DNA of 64,000 nucleotides from Oopsacas minuta (lineage: Eukaryota; Animalia; Porifera), in contig JAKMXF010000244.1 in the NCBI GenBank assembly GCA_024704765.1, positions 425,905 to 489,904 on the forward strand. The letters run 5' to 3'. Made by a program: the position numbers and the translations under genes. This document shows positions 25,246 to 38,189 of the stretch, one piece after another; position 1 is the stretch's first letter; the number at the start of each line of letters is the position of its first letter. The notes under the pieces were generated by a model. That model saw nothing but the letters and a program-made list of their open reading frames with translations, made no database searches and had not been told where the DNA came from.

Positions 25246-28200
25246 ATATACGATTTAGTCATATTCTAACATCATAGAAAATCTAAATTTATAGTGAAAG
25301 TATGAATTAATCAAAGAGAACGAGTGGATGAAGTGATTACATCAATGTTGTTGATAAATATAATATGTTTAGATACTTAAAATAGGGCTCGAATAACTTA
25401 AGCAACCTCGGTAGGTTACTTAACTTTTGTACTTAAGTACATACTTAAGTATGAGCTTAAATCTTAGTGAATACGGTTTAAGTATGTACTTAGTACTTAA
25501 GTACTAAGTACATACTTAAGTATGTTAGTAAATACGCCCCTGATATATAGTAAATAAACTAGGTATTTATAGAAAAATGTAAGCGATTTCAAAAGATATA
25601 CACAATCTAAATGGACTATATCTCAAAAACTAGGGAGAAATCAACAATTATATTATGGTTTCCTTCTAAGTATAAAAATATACTCTTTGGTAAAATTTTG
25701 TGGAAATCTGAGAGATAAGTGTATGACAGCTGATAAATTCCAAATAGGTGACGCATATATATTTGTTTGTTAAGAATAGATGGAAAAACTTGAAGACCCC
25801 AGGCTAATCTTTGATATGTGATGTTTTTGGCTTAGATAAGAAAAATTAGAGTCTTGGACAAAAATTCACGCCTATGACGCAAATATGATATAATTATCAG
25901 GCTATTGGAACTTAGAAAAATCAAATTTGCTCCTCTTCAGCCAAAATCCATGTTAGATGGGTAAAATTTGAATCACAGGTACCCTCAATATGTTAAAGGT
26001 CCTAACGTCATCGTTTTACGAAATGAAAACTCATCATGAAATAATCACGCAATAATTACTGTGCAAAAATACAAATTTTCAAATTTTCAAAATTTGGTAA
26101 ATACCCGAGGTACGAAGCACCGAGATTACTAACCAAAAGCCACGTAGTAGCTCCAGTGTCATCATGTCAGGACATTTACTGTAATGTAGATCAACCATGG
26201 ATAATAACAGTATAAATTTTGTGCTATTTATACAATCTAGGAACAAAGTGCCGAGTATACCCAGTCTCGTAGCCTTCAAAAGCACAAAGATATTTAGCTG
26301 TGTAATACTTAAGCTAACATTAGGCATAAAATTTCCGCGAGGTGAACTAGCAGGCGTAGCGCGCTAGCAGAGATAAAAATACAAAACAGCTCAGAATACT
26401 TCTACAAGCTGCCATTATTGATATAGTACTTTTGACGAGATAAAGATATTAAATTCATTTCGTCAGAGATAATACATGATTTAGAGAGAAAATTAATCTA
26501 CAAATAATAATTAGATATCAAATACAGTTGGTCATAGGTGTAGGACAATTGGAAATATCCATAAGTTTCATAACCAGTAAAATTTATAAAACAATGCAAC
26601 CTCATAAGTGGGGTTTCTATAAATAGGGTACCCGTATAAGAGGGTATTTTTGGCCCACATTCTCATAACCCAAAATCGTTACAATTAAGGTCAAATCATT
26701 ATAGCTATACATAGTATATACCCTACTTCCCATATCTTGAAAATACATTTTGATGATATATCTGTTACCAAGCCATGCACTTACCAATGTTACGCAATCA
26801 TAAGGGGTCTCAACCTGAAAGTTTTCAAAATCATGATATTCTAGAAAAATGAGACTTAAGAATTAGTACTAGCTTTCCATGAAAAAAGCAGGGATTTGTT
26901 GCATATGCAGACGCAAAATCATGTGGCACACGACAAGATAGTGAGAGTTGAGGGCCCTGACATATTTTCATCTTTAAGATTGCCAAAAATCTCCAGAGAA
27001 CTCATATCAAAATGTACTGCAATGGTCGCCTAAGGCCAACATTAAATGTATACAAACAACTTAAATATAGCTCAGCTATGGTATAGTGCAGATTTTGTCT
27101 ATTAGCTTTTCAATTTTCGAAGAAAGGTCATTATTCGGATTAATGAAAATCACTTTTTCGAATGAGGGTATGGGGTTTTGTATTGCAAAAAACTATACCA
27201 TATTATGGCTTAGCATACAAAAAGAACCTCGAATATATAAGGTCCAGCATCAATTAACTAAGAACATAGTAGTGTACGGTAAATATTTCATTAGTATACA
27301 GAAGAGTTTACATGCAAAGAAGACTTTTATTCCCTGGTATATTAATTAAAAACCATGTAAGATTACTTGTCAAGATAAATTTGGCAAGTTCTTGAGTTAC
27401 AGAAGTGACGATGGATGGTATTTATTTGTTGATATCCATTTAATAAGTTGAAAATTCTAAATAATATAAAAAAACTCACTATTCCCGATTTATACTATAC
27501 TCGCATCGCTTGCTAGGTCGCTGCGAGACAACTCAGTGCCTCATGTAAGATTAAGTATTAATTGGATAAATTTCTTACTGCTTTTGGTTGCAACGCACGG
27601 GATAAACTCGAAACTTGGTGCCTCGGGTGCATAATACAACAGAAATTTGAAGATTATATTATCCATGGTGCATCCAAATTACATACACTAGGCTTCTTCG
27701 GCGCACTACAGCTCTTACGTGGCTTTGGGTTAGTAGTCTGGGTACTTCGTGACTCGAATATGATGTAATTGTCAAAAATTTCGAAATTTGGAGAATTTTG
27801 ATTTTTTGCAAAGTCATGATGACAAAATATTCTCATGATGAGTCCAAAAGAGGTGACAATGGTTATAACTTCAAACCACTTTCGAAATCAATCTGAGTTA
27901 CAGTTACCAATGAATTTCTATTCAATCAATTTAGTTTCCATATAACTTGGTTTAAGGAAGAATTTCTTTTGTACCCTTGCAGACGAAAATAGTAGCTTAA
28001 ATTGAATACAACTGTAGGTGCCTGCAATCCCAAGCCCGCGGACCAGATCTATCCCCAAAGGTGAGGCAATCCAACACGCTGCCTTCGTTATAAACGTGCT
28101 CACTGTGACCTCAAATTTTGCTTATTAAATTAATTCAAATCTATTCAAATGCAAATGCACTTCTTTGGTGAATACAATGGGTCAATATATAGTGCTTGAT

Positions 28201-28595
28201 TGTGAGTATACATTGTAGTTTTACACCTCACATGATGCTAAAATGTACGAAAACAATTATTCGTATCAATTCGTTTTAACCTCATTAAATCAACTTACAC
28301 AGCAATCAAGACTATGGACCAGAGAACGATCGATCGTTTGGCCAGGAACAGGAATATACAAAATAAATGAATGTGGCCAGCAGTAACGGAAAGTTTCCAA
28401 ACAATGTTATAGGGTGTGATCTTGTACAATATACATATCATTTAACTGACAACAGTGCACACAGTGCATAAATGAAACAAGACAATAGGATCACAGTAAG
28501 TCAATTCTTTCCAATGTAAATTTGTCCATAAAAGAAGTACGAAAGTTATATATCCAATTGGACAGGAAAGGAAAAAAACTGTCATAATACCTTAC

Positions 28596-28882
28596 CTTCA
28601 GGAGATCGGAGACTAGATACAATTGGTGGCTCACAGTATTCAAATGTTTTCGTTGATGTATGAAGTTGCTGCAATAAAGGAGCCAATGGTGACAACATTG
28701 TTCTGCTAGGAAAGAGCGGAGCACTATTTGTATTAACAGCAACCAAAGCACTTAGAATATCGAGAGCATGTCTTGAAATATCAACGAAATCCAAAGAATC
28801 ATAAAGTTCTTCCTTAAGTCCTTGTTGCTTTTCTATTGCTTCTACCAATCTAATAAGTTCTGGATCGATTTCAAGAATATTG
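28596..28882 (-). CDS. UBR4: UBR4 exon
   Basis: Acceptor TTTATTTTTACAG, donor G|GTAAGG; 287 nt, phase 2 to 1. Ends LQQLHTSTKTFEYCEPPIVSSLRSPEG, like human LSELHTVEKAVEMTDQLMVPTLGSQEG. Confidence 0.9.
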
Positions 28883-30560
28883 CTGTAAAAATAAACAAAA
28901 TTCATAACTTTCCAGGGCAGCGAATAATGCATTACTCCATATATACAAATTTGAGAGGTCAACTCTATATATATTCCTTGAAGATTTCAGAGCAATCGAA
29001 AAAATTTCAATAAAATAACTAGTTTGGGATCTAGTTGATCTAAGATGTCCAATAAATAAAAATGATTCAAAATGACTAGTGTGAAGATAGCAGAATACTC
29101 GAACATGTACACTTTAGTAACGAATTTGACCTACTTAAACGCAACATATTTTAACGAAAATAATCTCATTCGATAGATGAGAGTTGAACATTTGACGCAA
29201 CGTGATTTTTGTTAAACTTTTACTTTAGATAAGATGTATTGAGCAATTGCCTATGCATACGGATTCATTAGAATAAGTTAGAATTCGATTCTGAAAATTC
29301 GTATACACATTTGTGCCATATGAATGTTTATGTAAACGAAATTCCATTAAAAAATATTAATAAGAACTAGCTGAGGCATGGCAATTCAAATTTTAGTTGG
29401 TAGGGGCATTGAGGGGTACTACATTAAGTAGGTTCAGTTCAAACTCAGATTTTCACCCCAAAATTAACAAAATCTCAATTATTTAAATATAAATAGATAG
29501 ATGAGATGTAAACGTTGATAACAATGTCAATATTATCCAGAAATAGTGAAAATTATCACCCGTATCGACCTCCTAACAATTGATAATTTCTCATTGTTTG
29601 TGAATTACGAGCTCTAACTTTGAACTCAATTCTGGAAAATATTTACAACAGAATCGCTTCAAAATTTACAGGTAACATCCTTTGTATTCTATAATTTATA
29701 TCCCTTAAACAGCACTAGGTCGTTAGTAACTGTTTTACAGACTTTTGTTGTCTATAAACTTCTAATCCTCATCATTTTCGAAAACAAATTTATTTGTGCA
29801 TATAAGTATGACTTTTGGGACCCATTAAATTTCGAGCATTCAGCCATATTCTGGGCATTTCCTATCGATATCAAATATCTTCGTATTAATATATAATATT
29901 CATTTATCAATTATCATGTCAAATTCTCCTGTAGTCATATGTAAGAAGTGGTGGTATTTGATACCATATGTGCTTCACGTGCCTCTTGTGTCACAAGTGG
30001 CGCAAAGAGAAAATTGTTATATCTCAGGGAGGAATGATGGGAATGCTTAGAAAATTCAAATAAATAGTCCTACATATTTTGTATAATGCATATATGTATA
30101 GCATTTGAATATTCATAATACATTGTATATATTTGATTACCTACCTATGTTTTTACAACCTAAAGGTAAACAAGTATATGGAAATGTATTATTAATACCC
30201 AAATATCATAACAATTAGTATTTTAATTGCCAATAGAATATAAAGAAACTACAAGAAAAATTGCAATTGAGTCAAATTACAAGTATAAATAGATAAAAAG
30301 AAAATTATTTGAAAAACTGTCTAAATATAGCATCTGTTAGCTGTTCTACCAATGAAAGTAGTATATCGGTCGGGGAGTTTTCATTTGTACTCGATATTAA
30401 GCTACCTAGGGGCTGAGATATGGAGTCCATGATAATTTGCGTTTGGATGCATTTTTGTAGGATGAATTATTAGAAAAGTTTGCAAAATGGCGGATCGCTG
30501 GATTTTTTGCTTTAAAAACGTTTGTGCAAGTGTTTTAGAAATTTAAGGAAGCATTCAGTC

Positions 30561-33500
30561 CACAGTGGCACGAAATGGCTAAACCTGCAAGTAGGTATTA
30601 GGGTACTAGATAACATATTAAACCCTGTTATTGACATATGGGGAATCGAATCCCAGGAATCGATGGACGTAACTAGATTTTTCTAAGTCTTTGGGTGTGA
30701 AAGTAATGACGTCATTGGTCACATTCAAAAATATTTTGATTTTTTTATCGTTTTTAATTAAGCCAATTTGCGAGCTATAGGTTCAGAAATTGAATGTTTT
30801 ATGTTTTGATATTATTAATAATATTCAATGTACATTTTTATCACTTATGAAACGACATTTCTTGTAAAAATGACCTACCGTTCATTGAAATATATACTAT
30901 AACGTATTTATAATTAAAGAATTCACCCAAATATCGTAACAGCTCTTTAACTCAGATGATCTGGCTCCGAATCGTTTTTGGTAATATTACGAAAGGATGC
31001 TAAAATTGGATCACTTTGAGAGATAAACCTAACGAACACATCTTTAACGTTGTCCTCAAAGCTAAATTTTCTTGAGAGTCTCTCACGGTATGCCTGACCA
31101 ATTTATTACAAGATTCAAGGCTTTCTTCAGACAAATCTTCTAAATCAAACCCATCGTTCTGGTCTGCAATTATTTGTGGTGCATGGGCTAGAAGTTTATG
31201 TAAAGTAGGGGTTATATATGGCCATGAAAGATTGATTATAATGGATTCGTAAGTTTCTCGGCATACATTATCAAGGCCTCAGTATCCATTTTCCTGTTGC
31301 TATTATACAATCTCAGGATAGCACTCAAATTATTTAGGATTGTAGTGACAACTTGATGTGTCTCTTGAAGAACAACAGTCAATAGAGAAAATCTTGCACA
31401 GTATCATCGCTACGTGTGAAGCATCTCCGAACAACATTTCCAGTTGTTGTGGTCCCTCCTTGGACTGATGATGTGTCAATGGATATACTATGTTTTTCTT
31501 CAATAAAGGCTAGTAGTACATTTCTTGGCCAAAGAATTATTGGCGAAGTTGGTGACCATTTTTTAATAGCACCACACTGTAAATGGCAAATCAATAATAG
31601 GAACCAACTAAATGTTCTCAAATATGCATGTAGAGGGGAAGCTGATATGATATCTTTTCTGAGATCGGTTTGTGTGTTAAATTGAATCTTTGATTTGTTG
31701 GCAAAGATAAAATTCTTCCTCATCACCCTCATCATACATGAGCATCACGGATAGTCCTATTAATGGGGAAGCTATTATGAACTATGCTAATATCGTGTAT
31801 CTGTTGGAACGTTGCAGTACACATTTGATAATTAGCACCACCAGCACCGCTTAAGATTTTTGCTATCTCTGTGTCGAAATGAGATCTTATGATCTTGACC
31901 TCTGCATTGCCATTGTGTAAACACAAACCACTCTCTTCAATAGTTTAAGTTTCGTTATTTATTAATGAGTCCATCAAAAACTTGACACTCTCTTCATTTT
32001 CTGGAGGGCCAAGAGGACAACTGGTCGAGTGCAAAATGGCGAATTCGGATGATGAGGTTTCCATAAGATATGATCGTTTGCATTTATGATTGCGCTAACC
32101 TTGAAACCAAATAAAATGAAGGTTTTAATCGAGAGGCCAGGGTTAGATATAGCTTGCAGGTAAACTCGATAACACCCAGATTCATCTAAGCTATTGGATA
32201 CTCGAACTTTAAGCGGATAGACAAGGTTATCAAGACTTAAGTTAGATACAATTCGTTCAACTGTATGGGTGAGTAGTCTGGTGTAAGAAATAGCTACTCC
32301 ACATGGAAATTCTCTATGAATTATACGCACCTCATCCAGCAAATTAATTTGAGCCCGATGTTTAGCTATACTATTGTAGCCTAATAACTTGAGATCTTCA
32401 GATAGTAACGTGCGCCGAAGTTCCAAACACTCTGTTTTACCGATCTCAAGCGAATCGAAAAGAAAGGCAGATTTATCAAGTGATAATTGTGGATAGATAG
32501 GAGATGAGTTTCCCTCCTCGAGTATCTCTTTACAAACATTGGCACTATTCATGTCCTGCTCTTCATTGCAACAAAGTAGTAAGAGATAAGTTGCAAGAGT
32601 CTTTGGAGAGACATGCTCGTTTTCAGCGACTGATTCGAGGTGAGACTTAAGAGAAGAGAGCCGATTTCTCAAACCTTTCGTCGTTAAGTCAGCGAGCAAT
32701 TTCTTTCTTGAAAGATTAAAGTCTTCTTCAAAGTTAATGGTTAATGAAGAAGAGGCACTTAACCTAGACTTCTTTGGCAGAGGACAGAAGCACATGGAAT
32801 TCCAAGTATCAAGGTCCGAATATTTATGAAAAGTGGCTCTCTCTTTTTGAATATCATTGAACTTCAGACGAAAGAAATTTTACTGATCTCGATTAAAACC
32901 ATGAGTTGAAATAAATTATTCTGCGATTGAACAAGTGCCAAGTAATTTATGCTCACAATAAAACTGAAAAGCTTGAAGGTTGTTCATTTTCTAGATAATT
33001 AATACATTATTTATTAACAATATTGTAGGTACAGCACAAAAAGTAAGATTAAATATATATATGCATGTTTGTTTTATAAGCTATTACAATACATTCTGAA
33101 ATCTAAGAATTAAGGAACTATTGACGAAACTTTTTCCACAGTAGAAGAGTGTTGATTTTTTACTGGAATCTTTGTAAAAATACGTGATGAGAACATTTAT
33201 TTATATTAATTACAAGCTGAATTTCTAAACACAAGCATAAAGTTGTAAATAACTGCACGTTTTGATTATATCGCTAAGCAACCATAATATTTATATAAAT
33301 TTTGAAAAGAGAATGTTTAGAAATATTAGATAAATTCAAAAGTTCATGTGATTGAAACTATATTTGCGCGAATTTTTGGGAACCTGGAAATTGTTGTATT
33401 TTGTAGAGGATTAAAAATGCTATATTATAAAACTCAGGAGACAACTTGACAGAATGCGACAGATGATGTTATGAGACTTCGAAATTGAGTGACGACAGAA

Positions 33501-33873
33501 ATATCCAACAGAAAAATATATCCAAATATTTGAGCTATTTTAAGGATTTACTATTTGAACTCCACTTATATAATCACTATAATAACAGAGTAGTCGAAAA
33601 TGCAATGGAATGAAGTCTTTGGAATGTATTAGTTACTTAGATACTGGAATTTAAGTTCATTGGTATAAATGAATATCTGTGGTTTTCAAGAATAATTTCT
33701 GAGCAAGAAATTGTAATGCTTATATACATACCAGTTGTTCCTAAACTAAATGATGGATCATAATAATTTTAGAAATTTCAAGTAATTGGATATTTCCCTT
33801 TCCAATGAACTTTAAATGGTTACTAAATATCGGATTGAAATTTTGACCAATTTCCAGGGGGTGTGCCACTGTA
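30561..33873 (-). mobile_element. Transib / RAG1-like DNA transposon, full length but decayed
   Basis: Left end CACAGTGGCAC at 30561; right end reverse-complements to TACAGTGGCAC; 5-bp flanks CAGTC/CAGAG (partial TSD); internal RAG1-core-like transposase. Confidence 0.85.
30947..32987 (-). pseudogene. RAG1-core-like (Transib) transposase with stops and frameshifts
   Basis: SLDESG (first Asp), PNSPFCTRP (RAG1 PNSELCCKP), SHFDTEIAKILSGAGGANYQMC ([21 protein letters not shown]), SPLHAYLR, GGTTTTGNVVRR, PTLHKLLAHAPQII...LSEESLESCNKLVR (FHKTLAHVPEII...SEGNESGNKLFR). Confidence 0.9.
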
Positions 33874-33960
33874 CAGAGTTTCTCAAAATATGAATAGGCC
33901 TTAAAAAAGAGATATTCATAGCTATTATGCATTCGCTCTATCGACAACATAACTAAAATA

Positions 33961-34070
33961 GAATTTCGACCTAATGCATGTGCTCCGAATTCGACTTAAT
34001 GCATACATATTAAGTTCGACCTAATGCCAACACACGGAATTCGACCCAATGCATGCGCCCGGTTCAGTTT
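33961..34070. repeat. Short tandem repeat, unit about 25 bp, 4 copies
   Basis: TTCGAC(C/T)(T/C)AATGC recurs four times. Confidence 0.8.
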
Positions 34071-35033
34071 CGTGAGTAGATTTGTAGTTGCTTTTGCACC
34101 CAGGATCGGAGCAGCAATTAGGCATTATTGATAGCAGCTAGTAACTCTCAACTGTGGTAAAAGGCTAAACTAAGCAGAAAAAAGTTAATAAATAAATTAG
34201 ATTCGGATAATACAAGCACAAACACAAGGAGTAACAGAATTCGAACAGCAACTGAGTATATGAATATCCATAGGATGACTGAATAATTTTTTCTATTATA
34301 TTTACACATTAAAATGAATTTTCAATTGTTTTGCTTGGATAATAAATCAAATATTTAACTTTGTGGTCCATTAATAAATCCAGTCTGAAATTGCATTCAT
34401 GGCCCCTATTTCTGGAATTAATATAAAGTCTTATGTTTGGGAGACTAGGTTTGACCATATTCGGCAATAAAAAGAAAAAATCGCCATTTTCACAGTAGAT
34501 CAGTGACCACATCCCTGATCCATATTTCAATTGTTTATGTGAGTCCTTATGTACAATAGGCTATGTTATGACATAAGTGTCACCTTTTCGGAATTTAGAA
34601 AAATCACATTATCAGACACTGCTGAGTCAATATACATGATAGAACTTGACTTCCCCCTTAATATGTCAAATTTCCTGAGTACTTCGAGGCGGAGCAGGCC
34701 TGACCTCAGTGATGGGTTCAATTCCTGAATGAAATTGGGACTGTGTATCAAGTTCTATTCCCATTCAGAATGGGGGTGGAATTTAGGACTTGATTACGTG
34801 AAGTAAAGGGATAAAAATATAATTATTTCTCATTCCCACGAATGAAAATAGGAATTATGTCCTTAAACCTCGAAAGTGAAAGACTGCGAGTGCGAATTAA
34901 GTGCGAATTCCCTAAATAAAAGTACTGCAAAAGTGCGAAAGGTGGGTGCAGTAGTGATTAAATATCCTAGTGGCTAAGGGGTCAAGCGGTCGTTCGAGTT
35001 CATAATATACACAAGGTGCAACAGAGACTATAA

Positions 35034-37196
35034 AACAGGTCAACAAAAAAATAATCCTATCTCTTGGCTCAGATTGTTGGAGTGTTTTAGGGTATATCGG
35101 GGTTTCTGTATCCGAAAATACTATTAGTTTTGCTGAATTGGCTCTAGTTTTCTAGATATTACACAACCTTAAATTTTAAGGTAATACTACAAATTTTTTC
35201 GATTTGTATGTTTATATCAACATTTACAACTATTTGTTCACAATATAGAACCTTTTATGGATTGAAAACGCATTAGATGTTGTCGCCTCAATGATTCTGA
35301 TGTCTTTTGCTATATTTGTGGTAAATATATGGCAAAGGAACATCGTTTTAATAGTAGAGATATCACCAAAATAGCTTATCAGGCTTACTTTGGTATTAAA
35401 TTAGGCGATCAGGATAAGTCACGGAGCCTCACAAAGTGTGCAAATATTGTACAGAAACCATCCGCCTATGGGCCCAAGGAAAAACCAAATCCATGAAGTT
35501 TGGGGTACCAATGGTTTGGCGAGAGCCCAAGAACCATCACGGTGACTGCTACATTTGCATGGTTAAAATGTCTGGATGGAACCGACAGAAAAAGAATTCG
35601 TAGCAATATCCTGACATAATTCTGCAAGACGCCCAATTCCACACTGCAGCGAAATTCAGGTGCCTGTTTTTACGCCCTTACCTGATACTGCGTTTACTGA
35701 GGCAATTGATGAATCGTCGGACAGCACTTACAGCAGCAATAGCTGAAATGAGTTACTACAGATAAGTAAAGCGGAGCCTTACACAGGGGCAGCTCAACGA
35801 CTTAGTGAGAGACTTAGGCTTGTCGAAAGATGTTTCAGAGATCTTGGCTTCCCGTCTCAGTGAACACCATGATCTCCACAGTGGAGCTAAGATAACTTAT
35901 CATCGACGCAGAGACGTAGAACTTATTCGCTATTTCAGTGAAGAAGGCGGTTTCGTGTTTTGTGATAACATCCCAGGACTTCTCTCAGCAATGGGACTGT
36001 CCCAATACAATCCAAATGAGTGGCGTTTATTTATCGACAGCTCTAAACGGAGTCTAAAGTGCTTGTTGCTGCATAATGGTAATAAATTTGCCTGTGTCTC
36101 GATCGGCCATTCAGTAATCTTGAAAGAGCACTATGCAACTGTAAAGATGTTCCTACAAAAGCTGTGTTACGATGAACATAACTGGATCGCGTGTGTGGAC
36201 TTGAAAATGGTCAATATCTTGTTAGGACAGCAAAGTGGTTACACTATATACCCATGCTTTCTTTGTTTGTGGGACAGCAGAGCGGATGAGGTGCACTGGG
36301 AAAAGAAAAACTGGCCAGTTCGTCAAAAGATTGCCGTGGGGGAAAAGAATATCATTAACGAGCAACTAGTTATCCGTGACCGTATCATCCTACTACCACT
36401 ACATATCAAGTTGGGACTGATGAAACAATTCGTAAAGGCATTGAACAAAGATGGTACCTGCTTCAACTACCTCTGCTCAGTATATCGTGGTCTGAGTAGC
36501 GAAAAACTTAAGGCAGGAATTTTTGATGGGTCACAAATCAGAAAACTGATAAAAGATGAAGAATTCGCCTGACACATGGCTGGAGTAGAGACTGCCGCGT
36601 GGTATTCCTTTGTCGATGTTGTAAAGGGATTCTTAGGTAACACCAAAGTGGCTAACTCCTAGAATCTGGTCGAAGGCATGCTCGAGAACTTCCTCAGTCT
36701 GGAAACCAGAATGAGCATAAAACTTCACTACCTCTATAACCATTTAGAGAGATTCCCTGAAAATCTTGGTGATTTAAGCGAAGAACAGGACGAGCGATTC
36801 CACCAAGACATCAGGACTATGGAGGAACGGTACCAAGGAAGATGGGACGCTCACATTAGGCAGATTACTGCTGGAGCCTTATGCGTGATTACCCCCAAGA
36901 ACCTTACAAGAAGAATTCGTATAAGAGAACATTCGGTCATGATTGATAAGTATTCAGATCATATTATATCTCAAATTATCTGCTTATTACGTACGTTCAA
37001 TTCTAGTTATAAGGTAATACATACATACTATATGGTATCAGTGAATACAGATTCACGGATGCTAAAACATAATTTTACAATATCACGAAAAGTAGAGCGA
37101 ATTGAGCAGAACTAGTGCCATTTTCGAACTCAGTGACCTCGATATACCCTAGAAATCGTCTCAACTTATCAGCCAAGAAAATGTTGTTGGTCAGTG
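35034..37196 (+). mobile_element. Chapaev3-type (CMC group) DNA transposon, decayed
   Basis: Imperfect TIRs of about 120 bp (right end reverse-complements to CACTGACCAACAAC), TAA/TAA 3-bp TSD. Transposase about 35257-36946 with Chapa zinc-finger motifs FCYICG and WREPKNHHGDCYIC, and LFIDSSKRSLK, YPCFLCLWDSR, LHIKLGLMKQFVKAL, SEEQ.ERFHQDI..MEERYQGRW. Confidence 0.92.
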
Positions 37197-38189
37197 TAAT
37201 TTATATTAGTATCTACATGGCGAAAGGTAATCCAATTTTCCACACACTCATGACAAAATTCAGACAGTTCAATGTTGCAAAATTTTATCTAATAAACTAC
37301 AATGATAAGGTGAACTTAATAATTAATTCGACTTACACCATTTAAGCCATATAATACCTATAATCTGATAGACAGAGAACAAATAAACAAATAATATGTT
37401 ATCAGAGCGTTCCTCTTCCTAGGTTTCTTCGCAACAGCTTTGTACCCCAAGTTTAGCTCAAGTATGAAACAGCTAATGTCTTAATAATTTTGGTCGCTTA
37501 GCAAGAGGATATACTCGGTACTACGTTCTTTAAATTCTCAAAATGACGGAATTATTATCAATCGTCGCACTCACCAAATATCGGATTTCTATTGTACTAA
37601 TACTGATGCTGCTATGTGGATTTGGTCATTGATCTCGGGCGTCCCTGCTTGGATGATTAAATATACTTTCGAAGTTTTCAAATTATATTATTTACTGCCA
37701 TGATGACTCCATAATTCAATGATGAGTTTGCATTGGGAAAAATCATGACGCTAGGAAATTTGAAATATTGAAGCAAAACTAGCCAAACTACCTCATGCAA
37801 AGTATATTTCATGGTTGCCTTGGGAATGGGAATGAAAATGGGAAATGATTGCTCACGATAGGTTTTCCTACATGAAAATTCCCACAGAAAATGCTGTAGG
37901 AATAGGAAAGGAATGAGAAATAATGGGGTGAGAATGGGAATTTATACCTTTGGTAGGGATTGAGAATGACAATTAAGCCCTTGATTCCTGCATGTAAAGG
38001 CCTGAGAATGGGAATTAAGTAAGAAAGCTTGCTTCGGATGGGAATTGAAGGAAATAATTATGAATTGAACCGGCCCTGGAATGGTGAACTCATCATTTTG
38101 GCAAAATACAAACTCAAAATGGGATCATTACATGGTGATGACGGAACAGATAAATGAAAATTCAGGAATTTCAATATTTAGGAGACTGT

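Larger units (their letters stand above)
22735..25540 (+). mobile_element. PIF/Harbinger DNA transposon, copy 2 (defective), inverted relative to copy 1
   Basis: Same TIRs and TACTTAAGTA arrays; about 98-99% identical to copy 1 by eye over 22735-25170; TSD imperfect (CCC/CCT), so the end is uncertain by 2 bp. Confidence 0.95.
21686..25565. repeat. Foldback/long inverted-repeat element interrupted by Harbinger copy 2
   Basis: Arms about 21690-22110 and 22335-22733 are diverged reverse complements; the last about 25 bp of the right arm (TGAT...CTAGGT) resume after the Harbinger at 25541. Confidence 0.8.

Noticed and set aside
28015-28040. Alu/7SL-like GTGCCTGCAATCCCA
   Set aside because: Only about 15 nt with mismatches and no flanking 7SL similarity; compatible with chance.
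30561-33873. RAG2-like partner gene inside the Transib
   Set aside because: Only about 385 bp downstream and about 880 bp upstream of the transposase remain, both AT-rich with no kelch-like ORF; too small for a RAG2L.
34960-35000. tRNA/SINE-like A and B boxes (TAGTGGCTAAGG...GTTCGAGT)
   Set aside because: The boxes are too close together and no cloverleaf can be formed.
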